Assembly (NCBI GenBank): GCA_965649765.1
Contig: OZ287754.1
Location: 27,404,001-27,468,000, forward strand
Direction: 5' to 3'
DNA from: Bispira polyomma
Taxonomy: Eukaryota
DNA length: 64,000 bases
Numbering within the stretch: the first letter of the stretch is position 1; every line of letters starts with the position of its first letter. This document shows positions 25,234 to 39,181 of the stretch, piece after piece. The position numbers were made by a program, and so were the translations under genes. The notes below the pieces were generated by a model. It saw nothing but the letters and a program-made list of their open reading frames with translations. It made no database searches and was not told the origin of the DNA.

Positions 25234-27295
25234 TCAGACATTTAGGACGTAATGACTTTTGTTGTGAATATTTATAATAAATATGGATAATGAAATGTTA
25301 TTCAAATCTGACAATAACTTATTACTAAATAACAAAACTGAGGCAAGTTGCAGAATATGAGGAATAACTAGCAATTTTAGAATGGTTATTTTGCCCTTTA
25401 GTGTTAGGCATCTGGAAATCCAGAGATTTAGGATGTTTTCAATCTTTTTTATTTTCTCATTTATGTTCAGTGAAATAATTTCATCTGTGTTCAAAGAGAA
25501 CCAGATTCCCAATGTTTTGAAAGGCTTATTTATCCATTTTATTCCTAAAGTCTTATCTTCTTTTAATGTTTCATTATTCTGGATAATGGTTGCCTCAGTT
25601 TTGTTTTTATTTGATTTAAGACCAGCATATCTGTAGGACTCTTCAAAGAGGTCTAAAAAAAATTTAAAAGATTCTACATTTTGTAAATATAGAGTCATAA
25701 CATCAGCTAACTGACAAAGTTTAATACAAGTTTCATTTACTTGTAATTCCTTGATCATTTTTGAATTACAAATAACTATCGCTATAGCTTCGACTACTAA
25801 CAAGAATAAAAGGGCACTAATAGGACATCCTTGTCTAATACCTCTTAAAAGCTTAAAATATGCAGATTGGTGTCCATTATTTGACACACAACTTTCACTA
25901 TCATAATATAGGATAGAAATCCATTTCTGAAAATTATCTTCAAAACCATAGCAGGACAAGGTATTGTGAAGGAATTCCCAGCTTACTGTATCAAAGGCCT
26001 TTTCAAAATCTGCCAAAAGAACAACACATGGGCTGTGATAAAGTTTGCAGTAGTCAATTATATCTGTCATTAATCTAGTATTTTCACCACAAAATCTGTT
26101 TTCCATGTACCCTCTTTGATCAGTATTGATTATTGTTTTCAATGCTACTTTTAATCTGTTACTAAGTATCTTTGCTAAAATTTAATAGTCTGTATTCAAA
26201 ATTGACAGTGGACGCCAAGAATTCAGTTCAGTAAGGTTTTTGTTTTTCTTTGGAATCAAAGTTATTACGCCTTGTTTTTGACTAGGAAATAAGTTGGCCC
26301 GTTTCAAAGGTCTTTATAAAGCTACAATGGATAGTGTCACATAAGTCATCCCATAGATATTTATAAAATTCACTTGGAATTTTATCAGGCCCGAGTGTTT
26401 TATTGCCCGCTAAGTCCTTGACAGCTTTGCTAATTTCTTCCATAGATATGTCTGCATTGCAAAATTGTTTATTTTCCTCGGTGATTTTTGGTAGACTCGC
26501 CTTGGTGAGATAAGATGCTATATTTAGTGTATCAGCCTTGTCTTTGCTTAGATTATTATAAAGATTATGGTAATAAGTTTGTTGTGCATTCAATATTTCT
26601 TGGGGATCAAAAATTTGTTTCCGCCTACATTTAAAGCACGTATATGTTTTATGTTATACTTGGCCTTTTCAAGATTTAGAAAAAATCTAGTTGGTTTTTA
26701 ATATTCTTCTAACAATTGACATCTTGACCTAATAATGCACCGTAAAGCTTTTTCATTATAGATATTTTCTACTTTATTTTTGACTAAGCTTATTTTGTCA
26801 TGAATACTTTTCGAAGGGTTGTAGCTAAACAGCTCTTCTAAGGCTAAGAGCCTTGCTAAGAGAAAATCGAGACTGCCTTTGCTTTCTTTGTTTTTTTTAT
26901 TGAATTTGAAATAGATTCTGTATGTTTTCTACACTTTATAAAATCCCATGTATATAAACTGTTAGTCAGATTTGGTATATCAGATTTTGCACTGTGTATT
27001 GTATCTTTCATAAGTTTAAAAAAATCACTACTTTGTAGGAAACTAATATTCAGTTTCCATAGACCTCTGCCACGCTGTTGTTCACCTTGTAATTTTAAAG
27101 AAATATGAAGTAAACTGTGATCAGATTTGATGCTAGAGATTATTTCAGCAGATTTGGTAACATATTCGAGGTGACAGGAGATAAAAAAATAGTCAATTCT
27201 TGATTGGGCAAATCCACTCTTTGTTTTTTCTCTCCGAGTAAATATTTTTGTGTCCGGAGAGTGTAATCTTCATATATCTACAATATCTAACAATT
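25234..27295 (-). mobile_element. Tx1/L1-clade LINE fragment (EN C-terminus + RT), pseudogenised
   Basis: SRIDYF, SDHS, RGLWKLN, GPDKIPSEFYK, DFEKAFD, RGIRQGCPISALLF and decayed QLAD(D). Confidence 0.92.
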
Positions 27296-27475
27296 GCTTA
27301 AAACTTATCTTTTTAACTGTGCCTACCCACCTTAGCTTTCCTCATACACGCTCCCACTTCTTTCCTTTACGACTTTGCTATTCCCATGAACTTTACGATT
27401 GGATCAATGATTCTGCTGTTGCGCTTTAGAAGATGCCTAGCATCGATAAAGCGCGTCAAAAATAATAATAATAAT
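27296..27475 (+). mobile_element. L2 3' end with (aat)n tail, same family as 58923-60983
   Basis: Close match to the 3' UTR at ~60795-60983. Confidence 0.85.
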
Positions 27476-27477
27476 GT

Positions 27478-27720
27478 TGATTGGCAAACTATTCCAAAGC
27501 TTTGGAGCACTGTATAAAAAGATCTGCCGCCTGTTGTTTCATGGATAGATTTTGGCACTGTCAATAGCATATAATCTGTTGGTCTTAATATTCTTGCTGA
27601 ATGATATCATGTCAGCATGTCTTTGATGTACTCAGGAGCCATACCATTTAAGGCTATAAATGTGAGTAACAAGATTTTGAAATCAATTGTTTGCTTGACA
27701 GGTAAGCAGTGCAGTTCATA
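27478..27720 (-). mobile_element. L2 ORF2 C-terminal fragment
   Basis: LHCLPVKQTIDFKILLLTFIALNGMAPEY...GGRSF. Confidence 0.8.
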
Positions 27721-28070
27721 ACTATGTTTTAATTATAGTGATTATGCATATTTTAATTTACTGTACCATGTAGTACAATATTGTATAATGTTTTATATGT
27801 ACTAAAAGTTACAGCTATTTTTGTACAGGACAGGCATTAGCCCTTTTTCTTCTTTTCTAGAAAGTAGAAAGTTTATGTCTAACCTACTAATAAATATGTG
27901 TTTTAAAGAGATGCCCAAACGAGTTCTATACTATATTTTCCAGTCTTTTCGAGTTCTGTACTATTTTTTCTTTGTGTATACAAATACTGCTACTTCATCT
28001 CTCTGGTCTGTCATTACATACTAGCATACACCTTCAATACCTTCTTACTAGTACTAAACTTGGAGAGTGA

Positions 28071-28190
28071 AGCTACCTCCCAAGAATTGGGCGATTTTAA
28101 AGCTACTTCCTAAGATTTAGGCGATTTTAAAATTACCTTCTAAGATTTAGACGATTTTTGACCTACCTCCCAAGATTTAGGCGATTTTAC
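28071..28190. repeat. 30-bp minisatellite x4
   Basis: Variants of agctacctcccaagatttaggcgattttaa. Confidence 0.9.
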
Positions 28191-31100
28191 CTCTCCATGG
28201 GGACCTCCGAGTTTTAGAAGGAACTCGAGTTTTAGTAGGCACCTTGTTTTTAAGGTCTTGTAACTCCAAATATTTTGTTGTCTTTTGACAGTTTATTTAT
28301 TTACCATCATAGTTTACCACAGTTTGTAAATATATCTTAAAAATATGTGCATTAATGGATAAGATTGTCTTCTTTAGAATGATACCAAAAAGTATAGTAT
28401 TACGCAAATAAATGGCGAGTTTTTGCTTTATTTATTGTCTAACTCATCAATGACGGGTGTAAGAAACCTGTATTGGTATCATTCATCAGTAAACTGCTCA
28501 TCCCGACAGAATGGTATAAATATAGTGCTGAAAGTGACAAATTAAACCCTAATTAAACCTGAATTAAACCCATTTATTACTGTAGCAGACCTTTTTTGAG
28601 GGCGGGTGGCTATCCTCACTAAATATGCACTGCCTTGTGGAGATTACAGTAGTATAACGTAATGATCACATTGCTATGACGTGTGGCAATGACAGTATGT
28701 GGCTATTTTTATGAAAGAAAAATACTCATTTTGTAGAATAAGAAGTCTAATTTGAGAAATTAACGCCAGAGTAACCTGTTTCCGGATTCAACGGCTGATC
28801 ACTACCAATAACAGCAGCCTAGGACACCCACAAACCATTTTTCATCACACTTGCATATAAATAACAGACAAGTAGTAAGTTTGGAATTCGAATTAACCAA
28901 AAATAACTAGAAAGGCAGACACTAATACAACGTTTCAGGGCTAACTAAATTTTATATGCTTTCTAATGTGCTTTATTGGTAACATCCAGTGTATCTTTCA
29001 AATTTGCAATATTATGTACTGTCTCTAATGGGAAAAAAGACTAATGGTGAAAATAAATCTTGAATATTTTGAAACATTGTAACTTAGTGTAATGTTATTC
29101 CATCTATTAACAAAAGTAAATAATACTGCAGTAGAACATTTATTATCCGAACATGTTGGGAGAGCACAATGCGGTTCAGATTATAAATGGTTCGTAAATT
29201 ACCCGGGGTATTTTAGTAGAATATGTTCACATGAGTGAGCTTGTGTCAATGATTCTGATTAGTTCTAAAGTATGGTAAATTCTAGGACTACAATGTCAGA
29301 ACAGCTTTCCTCTAAATGGTGTCTTATGTCAAGGTAGGAAATTAACCACAGTAAAGTGATATACTTTTCGAGTATAGCAAGGTTTATGCCATGGTCACAC
29401 TGAGCATGTTCGTGTTACGTTTAAAATTCATAAAATAAACAAAGTGAAAATTCGGGGAAACATAGCAAAAAATCAACGTATGGGCCCTTTTGTACACATT
29501 CTGTACACATCGGTACACGTTTGTACATGCATTTAACACATTTTAATAGCCGTTTCAATTATGTTTGTATCGTTAGCCACATTTTAAAATATGTTAGCCA
29601 CTTTTTTAAACCCGTTTCGTTTCTTCCAAAAAGGCTGGATCAGAGCTTTCTCAATCGTTTTAGAAGATAACTCAGATCAATAAGGCATGTTAAAAATGCT
29701 AACTACAATACAAAAATATCTAATCACTCAGTATGTTGACATTTGTCCTTGTTTGTGTTGTTTGTGTCAAACTCACACCTGTCTGTAATCAAACTAAAGT
29801 AAATGTTACAAAATATGTCTTTTTCTGGCTTATTTTACTTCACCCATCATCCATAATTCATAAAGAGTAACTCCATAAAATTATAGAGGTTGGTGGTTTT
29901 TTTTAGCAAAAGAAACACTCTTTGCTTGGCGTATAAGTAGAACCTTTTGGACACCACAAAAATGTCTCTTGATTAAGAGAAAAACAAACAAGGGTGACAT
30001 TTAACATAGAAAAAATATAGAGTAGGTGTCATCTAATGAAAGCAAAAAGAGCTAAAACTGTTTCATGAAACGTATATTATAGATATATTACATCAGCTGT
30101 TGGTAGAATCTACATTATAAAGCTCTCCAAATAAAGCGGCACACCTTCAAGTTAAGTCAAGTTTTATTACGTAGAATGTTATTATAAAAATACTAGTTTC
30201 ATTTGTATAAGTTTTACAATAATATATTAGTACATATGTAAAGAGCAGCGTATGCACAATACATTTGGTCATTCACTGTGCCATTTCAATATAATCTAAA
30301 AAATGGATAAATAAAATTGCTGGACTTTTGGGAAGACAAATAGATATGCAAGACCATTTCGAGAGTCTTTATATTATGATTAAATATCTGGTAATGTTGT
30401 CGAGTTATTTTATGGTAGCTTATTTATGTCTAGTCTTATTTAATGGGGTTTACCCCGGTTTTACTTTGTGTTACCTCATGTATGGGGATTAAAATTTTCA
30501 TTTGTACTAAAGATTGTAGTGTTTTGTAACTTGTCAACCTTGTACATAAGATACTAATATGTAAAAATAACTACTTCTTTTACTGTTCTTTGGAATCTTA
30601 CTATCTTCACCAATTGGAACTTCAACTTTTATTACTTCTATCTTCTCCATGTTGCATTTTCCTCCAAATAGACTATATATAATAATAATATGTAAAATAT
30701 TTTTAAATTTATACTGCGTTATCTCCCTACATTTGTGAGATTCAAGGCGTTATTTTTTTTCCTTCACAACACAGGTTTTGTTGAATCTTTGACCTCAGAT
30801 TCACAAAACACTTCTTGTCATTTTGCAGTTAAACATTCAAATTTGTCTCAGTTAAGTTTTTGGGGTCATCAGGTGCACTAATGAAGGCTAAAAATGAAAC
30901 AACACAATGAGCAGCACGACCACTTTAGGGGCCTGCTGCCTCAGTTACAAAGTACAGCCTTAAATCCTTTTTCCACTGTCCTTTCTTGTTCCCTCTTCTG
31001 TCTATCCCCAAGACCCCCCAAACCAACCAGGATGTAACACCTGATTAACTAGTGTTTAAAGCCCCACAATTTGGAGCCATATTGAAAATTAAAACCAACA

Positions 31101-32094
31101 ACGTAACATCTAGAAAAGTCCCACCACCAACCCGTCTTTACTGCCATTTAAGTATATTAACTTGATCTTATATGTCGGAGCTCAGATTCCGTGTGGGGAG
31201 TTCTGTCTCCTAAACCCCCTTTTAGCTCACGTTTAAGTGGGGGTCCCACATTCTGGATTTGGTCCCTGACCTTCCTGACTTTGAGGCCTGGGACACGTAC
31301 GGGGAGGTCGGGGACAAAAAACGGGGTGGTCGGGAAGGCCGGGAAGAATATCAAAAAGGTTAGATATTTTGAAAAGTGTCCCAACTTTTGGTCCTGGACC
31401 TCAAAGTCGGGACCATCAATACGTTCAATCCTATTGCCAATACGTTCTGTCGGATAGGTCGGGGTGCACTGCCAGGACAGAACGTATTGGCTATCAGATC
31501 TGCTGGGAGAGACAAAAGATCGACCGGGGGAAGGATAGGACAGAACTTATCAGCAGTAGGATCTTACGTATTCAGTACCGACCAATAGGATCAAACTTAT
31601 GCAGTACGGGGTGTTTGGGTATAAAAACATCCCGTCAGTACTAGACTCGTTGTATTTGGAGATTGCTGACTGGTACTTGAAGTTGTGTTTTTTTGTGCAG
31701 GGGTTTTTATTGTTTTTAATTATATGTACTGAGACAGCGACGATTTTACAGCTTAGGTTTTTTTTTATTATTACACAACAGTAAAGATGCCTAGATTGAT
31801 TAGAGTTAAGAGGAAAGATTGTGGAGAAGGAGAGAGAGAAGGAGTTTGAAGTGAGAGTTTCGTCTGATGAGATAGAGAGGACGAGGAGAGATGACAGAGG
31901 GAGTCCGACAGTGAGTGAGAGAGCAGAGAGTGAAAGAGAGGATGCTTTACAAGGAGTGAAGTATTCCTCAGAGGGATTGCCTGGATCTTCACAGTACAGG
32001 GGACGTGTGAACAAGCCCCACCTAGACAAGGCCCACCTGATTTCACAGAGCGAGAGAAATGGCTGATGATGCACTTCTCGTTTCTGGGATCACA

Positions 32095-32380
32095 CATCAT
32101 CAGACATGTGGGAGTGGTTGGGCAGGCTAGATTTTCTGTCTTATATTCATTAATGATGGCCTTGCATACTTCTAGTATAAACTTGGTGATAGATGATTTT
32201 CCCACCCTGAACTGGTAGGACAGGGACCTGTAGCTCTCCCCAGTGGCCAGGTGCCTTAAAGTTACAGCCAGTTTCAGTCCAACATCCAAGGGCTTTCTGT
32301 ACCAAGTTGTTTCTTTTTTCACATGGGGTGTTATCCTTGATTTCTTCAAATATATCAGGCGGTAGCCTGGGCCTTGTCTT
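32095..32380 (-). pseudogene. Harbinger (HARBI1-like) transposase N-terminal/HTH fragment
   Basis: RKPLDVGLKLAVTLRHLATGESYRSLSYQFRVGKSSITKFILEVCKAI. Confidence 0.9.
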
Positions 32381-32712
32381 GCTCATGTTGTAATATAAGC
32401 ATAAGGATACATATTTCAATCTAAAATAAAAACTAAAAATGTCCCTAGTCTCCGCAAAAAATCTTTATCACCAAGGGGCACGTGGTGGTGTTGGGTTCAA
32501 ATCTTCCTGAGCCTAAGCCTGGGCCTTGTCTTTGTTATGTTGTAATATAAGCATAAGGATACATATTTCAATCTCAAAAAAAACAACTAAAAATGTTCCT
32601 AGTCTCCTCAAAAAATGTCTTTCACACGTTGTAATATAAGCATAATGATACATATTTCAATCTCAAAAAAAAACTAAAAATGTCCCTAGTCTCCTCAAAA
32701 AATCTTCATCAC
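32365..32712. repeat. Three tandem copies of an ~85-105-bp segment inside the Harbinger element
   Basis: gttgtaatataagcataa(g/t)gatacatatttcaatct...ctaaaaatgt.cctagtctcc occurs three times. Confidence 0.85.
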
Positions 32713-35700
32713 TTCTTCCTGGCATTGTACTCAATTACTCAATTATTAATGACCTGATTACTCAAAAATTGAGTTTTAGGGCTCAAAAAGGGGTACTTAT
32801 AGGATTTAAAAGCACTCCCGACTTCATTTTTCCGAAAGTTCGATCCTATTGGTCGGGATGACCAATACGTCAGATCATATAGTCAATATGTTCGATCCTA
32901 AGCCAATTCGTTCGATCCTATCGCCAATAAGTTTGATCCTATTAAGGTCGGGAAGGTCGGGGGTCAATGGAGCTCAAAGCCCTACAGCCTTTACGTACGA
33001 TTGGGGTCGCGGGCCCGTCAAAACGGCGCGCACTCAAAAAGTGGATTTTATTGATTTTAAAGTCAGGGACTTGCCGATCGAACTTGAATGTGGAACCCCC
33101 TTTAGGGAGCCAAGGTTGAATAGGAGCCCTGGAAGGCAGAACTTTCTGCTAGGGATTGGGTGCCCTAGGTGTCGAGCTCCCACTATGAGAGATTTAAGAA
33201 CTAAGGACTTTATTAAATCATGGGCTTTAACCTATCACAAATTTACTAAGGAATTAAAAAAAAAATTTGTTTCACACCGTGAAGTACTGAGAATACTGAA
33301 TATGACACATAACTAATTAGAACAAAGACATTAACCAAGAGATGGTATTTTATGGCGGCCCAAGGCATCATCAACGGAAATGTATGTACTATGCAACTAC
33401 GGGCTAGACCTGGGAAGTCTTCTGTATATACTACATTAATATATGTCAAGCAAGTCCCATTGTCTTGTATTTTTACAGACAGTTATATTGTGTTACTATA
33501 TTTTGTGTTTGTAGTCTTCTGGTTATTCTCGCTTATAGTGGGCTTTACCTTTTATTTAACCTTGTGGGTTCGTTTTAAAATTCAAACCCACTTTTAATTT
33601 TAAAACTACTTTACCTATATAATTGTAACATTGTACATATACTAACCCTGTACAAAATGAAACTCACTTAATAACTTTCACTTAATATCACCCAGACAAC
33701 AATTTGACCTTCCCATCCCACATTCAGAAATCTTTGGTAAGTGTCAACTGACTGTCTTCTATTAGGAGCAGAGCTTGGGCAATAATTGGAACCAGCTAAC
33801 CTCAATATAATAAAAAAAGTAAACCAAAAGACAATTTTTTTTAATTTCTGCTTTGTTCATGTGAATTGGGTAAAACATAAAGACATTTATGTAACAAGAA
33901 ACTGATTAAAAAGTAGATTGTCCGTTTGAATAAGCTTATTAATTCAACATTAAGAACTATGGGAAAACATTTCAACCATTTAACAATAAAAGTATAAATG
34001 AGAAAACAAAAAATTCTTCAATACATTAGATATTTCTTGTGATATCCTGGAAAAGAATATGAGTATATCTAGTTCAGGAATGTGACAATTTAGCCACTTT
34101 ATATCACAAAAGGACACCCATACTGCCCTTGAGGGTGATTGTATTAGATCCCTTTACGGAGAGCAAAATAATTCTATTAGACGACGAAAGAAGATAGTAA
34201 TTATATTAATGGTATTCTGTAACAGTACCATTATCACCCTACTACATCTTATGGGTATCTTTTCTTTCCACCAAAATTGAATCATTTTCTTCTTGGTTTC
34301 TGATATTGTCACGTTTTGATTTGATTAACATTAATTTAACCATTTCACTACCTATACAGAAAAATTAGGAATTTGTCTTTAGTTTTCAGTAACGTCACTT
34401 TGTTTTGTATCATTTCCATAATACTATAAAGCATCGACCAACAGCAATTGCCTTTACGTATTAAATTTGGACCCTTTGGGCCAATTTAAAGGTTCTTATG
34501 GTTAAGTGGCATTTCAACAATAGTATCTCGTGTGATGCTCTTAGCTGTGGAATGATCTGCCTGCCGTAGTCTGCCTTACTGTTCCTTGCGTTTGTACGGT
34601 CATGATCCCTGTATGCCCAATGGCTATATGAAATTATAAAAATGAATTTTTGGTGTTATGCACCTTAGAATCCTTAAAGTAGATTAATGTCTACTTTAAT
34701 GTGACTAGCCTCTCATATCTGGGCCTAATGGAATCTCGATTCCCACTGCTTCTTTTATGTTGAAAAGTTTGTTGGTAAGTACTTTATTGTAGATCATTGG
34801 TTTCAAATAATACTGGTTTCCACCACCAGTAAATATGACGAAATATGTTGAAAGTGGAGTAAAAACCACTTAAATTCAACCTGGACAAATTTTAGGATCC
34901 ACACTGGCTGATGCAATACTGTTCGCTACATAATATGGGTCGATTTCAAATGAATTAAGGGCTGTAATCTCCATAAATATAACCAAACTACATGACTATC
35001 TATCAATATTGAAGTATACCATATATGTTTATATGTGCAACTGAACAAAAAGCAACAAAGATAAACCATTTTTATCAATATATGTACAATTATTCATGCA
35101 TAAAGCATGTGTTAACAGTATGCATTATATGAGTTACTACAACTACACCACCGAGGCTTTCTTACCCATGATGTAGTGTAGAATACCTGCGTAAACATGG
35201 ATGAATTTGCTTGCCTGCAAGTGGCTATCCCCAATCCTAGTACAGAATTAACATGCCAAGATTTACTCCAGAGGGATAATCCTCCAGTCAAGCATAGCCC
35301 AAGGTGACGAACAATTTGAAGACGGTAGAAAAATACAATTCTCAAACTTAGAATAAATAGTATATCAGGCAGTAAAATGTAAGATAGAATAATTTATTTA
35401 CACTACACAAACCATAGTATGGACTAAAACACCATACAATATTTTAACTAGACTTTGAGATTAATTTAATTTTAGTAAATATAGTCATATATAGTCATAT
35501 ATATATATTGATTTGGCTTTGCCTGGTATCAGAGCTCTTATTAACATTTTTTCTTGCACAAATACCAACCAACTCCAGTAACAGTTTGGTCCATAACTGA
35601 ATTTAGTCACTTTCAACAGTTTAGGTCATATTGCGACTGCCAGATTCAATGGCAGAAGAAACCAGTGTTGAAGCACTGTAAACCACCGGCCCACAGCAAG

Positions 35701-38700
35701 TACCAGACAAAATTTCTCACATGAAGGAACAAATGGGATTCAAACCCAGTGAATCTGAAGTAGGTGCTTCTAATCCAGTAGGCCACCACGACCCTGTTTA
35801 AACAACTGTAGACAGAGGCTTGTGGGTGACAATTTTTCAACATCCCCCAAGGTTCTGCAGCCTGCCATCTAATAATAGATATTTTTTTTTAAAATTAGAT
35901 AATACATAAAAACAGATGACACCATCATTTTAAGTGGTCATCAGAGCCACTGTGTATCATTCTGTATCGATGGAAGGAGTTCAAAATACACCTATGTTTA
36001 AGTTACCCCACACATGTATTGACATTAAAGTGTAATTCTCATTAGAATTAGGAAGGCTTTTGCATAAATAATTACTAATGCCTTGATATACGTTGGGTAA
36101 AGATAGTCTATTTTAATCAATCTACATCAAAACTTTCAGATGTAATCCAACACTAATGCTAAGAACAGGAGTGATGGGTAATCTAAAATCAAAAGGTGTA
36201 ACACTTAAAATCATTTTTTAATAAACCCAATGGGTAATCTAAAATTTAATTGAAATTATCAGCGGGTAATCTAAAATCGATTTTACTCAACTGCACCTGT
36301 ACGGGGATTTCATTAAAATTACCAACATTACCTAAAAAAAATGTGTGCAGTTTTTGTTGTTGTTTTTGTGATTGCTTTTGATTCTTGGTTAGAAAACAAG
36401 AAATTTACTGAAGAGTTATAGAGAAGTGTGAAAAAAAACATCTGAATGAATCGGGAAAAAATCTTTCATTCAAAACACATTAGCTACATTTACAAATATT
36501 ATTGAACTATCTTTATGGAGGTTAAGCAAATTTAAAAGACAAGTTATTTTTGTTTGATGTGTCTTAACAAATAGAAAATATATACAATGTTAACCGGTAA
36601 CTGCCATTTCCCTAATGGATGGTTTCGGCTGACTGGTGAAATCATAATTGATATCCACAACCCTAGTCATGTGTGTTCCTAAATGAGTGGGTAACCTATT
36701 AGGCCATGTTACAAATGGTTATTAAAACTCCAGTTCCTACTCAAGTCAATGTCACTACAATTTACTCAACTATACATTTGGGAGTTCAATTAAAATTGTC
36801 AACGTGGCCACTGGAACAACTGTGTTCAGTTTTTGGAGATTGTTTTTGCAATTGGTTTTGGGGTTTTGCTTGTATAAGAACATCTTGATGTTTTGTAGTG
36901 AAAAATAAAACCCCACCAAATGGACAGGTTAACAATGAAAGACAGGTGATTTTTGTTGATGTCTTGAGATATCTTTTTTCTTAACTGGCCAAGTACAGCC
37001 AACCAGACACTTGGCGTTCGAGATTAGACCCAATGTCAGAGTTTTACTTCCATTTTAAGTAATCATGTGAGTCACTATCTGTCAGTAGTTTTGTCTGTTC
37101 CTAAATTGGTGTGTTGCTGTCCTTAAGTTATTTATAGCTACACTCACCAAAGCAGTATCAATCAGCCTTTTAATATGTTCACTCCATGTTCACTCCTTGA
37201 TGTTAACACCTTCGCTACTAAGGAGCAGGGTTCTGGTGTACTGAAGAAAATTATGGTTGTAGTAGGTTCAAGCGGGGCTGTTTTAGAAGGGGGAAGGTGC
37301 TTTCGAGGTAATATGCTCACCTCGCAACATCTATAGTTGTGAATTGAAAAATATTTGCCCTAGAAGGTGTGAATTAAAAAATATCCGCCCTAGCATAGCA
37401 GAAATTTGGTGCTAGACACTAATTGCTAAAGGCAAGTTATTTACAGTAACAAGCATGTATTGGTATCATTCACCAGTAAACAGCTCACCCTGACAGAATG
37501 GGTATAAATATAGTGCTGAAAATGACAAATTAAACTCTAATTAAACCTAAACTAAACCCATTTATTACTTTACCAGAACTTTGTTTGAGGGAGGGTAGAT
37601 ATCCTCACTAAATATGCACTGCCTTATAGAGATTATGTCAGTATACTGTAATGATCACATTGCTATGACGTGTGGCAGTGACAGTAATGTAGCTCTTTTT
37701 ATGAAGAAAAATGCTCATATTGTAAAATAGGATGTCTAATTTGAAAAATTAGGGTAACCTGTTTCTGGAACCCAATCTTTCTATCACTACTAATAACAGC
37801 GGACTAGGATGATCACAACATATTCAACACATTTGCATATTAATAATAGATGAGTGGTAAGTTTGGAATTTAATACAACCAAAAACAAGTGGAAAGTGAT
37901 ATATCTCGTAATTTTTGTAGTTGGATAAATGTAAAGAAAAAGTGAAAATATATTTTGGTGAAAAAGATTGAAAAATTCTAACTTGGTGAAATGTTATTAC
38001 ACCAACTAACAAAGTAACTAATACTGCAGTAGAGATCGAGCCTCCATTATCCAAACAGGTTTGAGAAAGCATGATGTTGTTAAGATTGTACAGTATTCTT
38101 AAAATAGAACAGGTATTTTACTAGAAAATTGTCACACGATAAACTTATAACGATGATTCTGATCAGCTCTAAAGTATGGTAAAATCTAGCACTACAAAGT
38201 TAGAATGGCTGAGACTGCTTTTATTAATAAAATGTTTCTTACGTCAAGTTGCATTTCACCACAGTAAAGTAATATATTTTTAAAGTACAGCATGATTTAG
38301 GTAAGAATTTTAATTTGTCATGTTAGACTCTTGACAACAATCAATCCAGGGAACTGAGTTGGAGAAACAGTCAGGTTTCGTTTGCATGTCCATATATCTC
38401 TAATTGTGGTAAAATTTTCCTGTATATATCTGGTTTGTCATGGATTATTCCTTAATTTTTTCCCAACTCGAAGAAAAGAACAGGCAGGATCTGAAGGAAA
38501 TTTTTTCGGCAATAGTTTCCAGATAGCTAAAAACACACCACAATCTACTTCCAGCATTAAATATTGACTTTCTACTTTATTTTTTTAAACAGGGGAGTCC
38601 GCTGTACTAACAATTTCCAACTCCAAGAAATTGAAGGACAATAAAATAATATTTTAGAGATGTTGACTGCTTGCCGACAGACATAGGTCCTCGGAGTAAC

Positions 38701-38922
38701 AATTGCCTTTGGCTGCTTACAGACAACCTAGGAGTCGAAAAAGTTAAACAACAGAAAATATTTAGATTAATATAAGATTTATATATAAGATATATATAAG
38801 GTTTTACAATAGAGGCTTTAACCAGCTCTATTCGTTTATTTTATGGACAATATTCAATTTCAATAATTTTTCTTTAAACAACCCTCCTACCTTGCTACTC
38901 ATCTTTCCTTTAGTAACCTCAG

Positions 38923-39181
38923 GAATTTGAATTTGAATTGGGATATTTAACGTCCACTCTAGTACCTGTTTAGGTTATATTAGGAAGGGTAGTTGGAAAT
39001 GCTGGAGGAAACACTGCATACAGTTAATCAAGGTGTTGCACTAAAAACCAGAGGCCCACAGTAAGGAACTACCACCTTTCCCACATAGGCATCACTGGGA
39101 ATCGAACTCACGCCGCCCAGAGGTGAGAGACCAGTGATTGTGAAGCACAATCCTTGCTAACCAATGGGCCGCCACGGCCTC
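38923..39181 (-). mobile_element. tRNA-derived SINE (same young family)
   Basis: Full-length match to 21991-22241. Confidence 0.92.

Larger units (their letters stand above)
24445..28459. mobile_element. Non-autonomous TIR DNA element (CAC.. ends, TA TSD) with nested LINE insertions
   Basis: 23-bp TIRs cacccgtcattgataagttagac / gtctaactcatcaatgacgggtg (1 mismatch); TA on both sides; empty site at ~10945. Confidence 0.85.
31236..33101. mobile_element. PIF/Harbinger DNA transposon, internally deleted
   Basis: TIRs gggggtcccacattc / gaatgtggaaccccc; TTA flanks; subterminal gatcctat/ataggatc repeats; transposase remnant inside. Confidence 0.88.

Noticed and set aside
28071-28190. Regularly spaced repeats (also 4022-4133, 10481-10645, 46281-46345) as a CRISPR array
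   Set aside because: Contiguous tandem units without unique spacers, no cas genes, eukaryotic context
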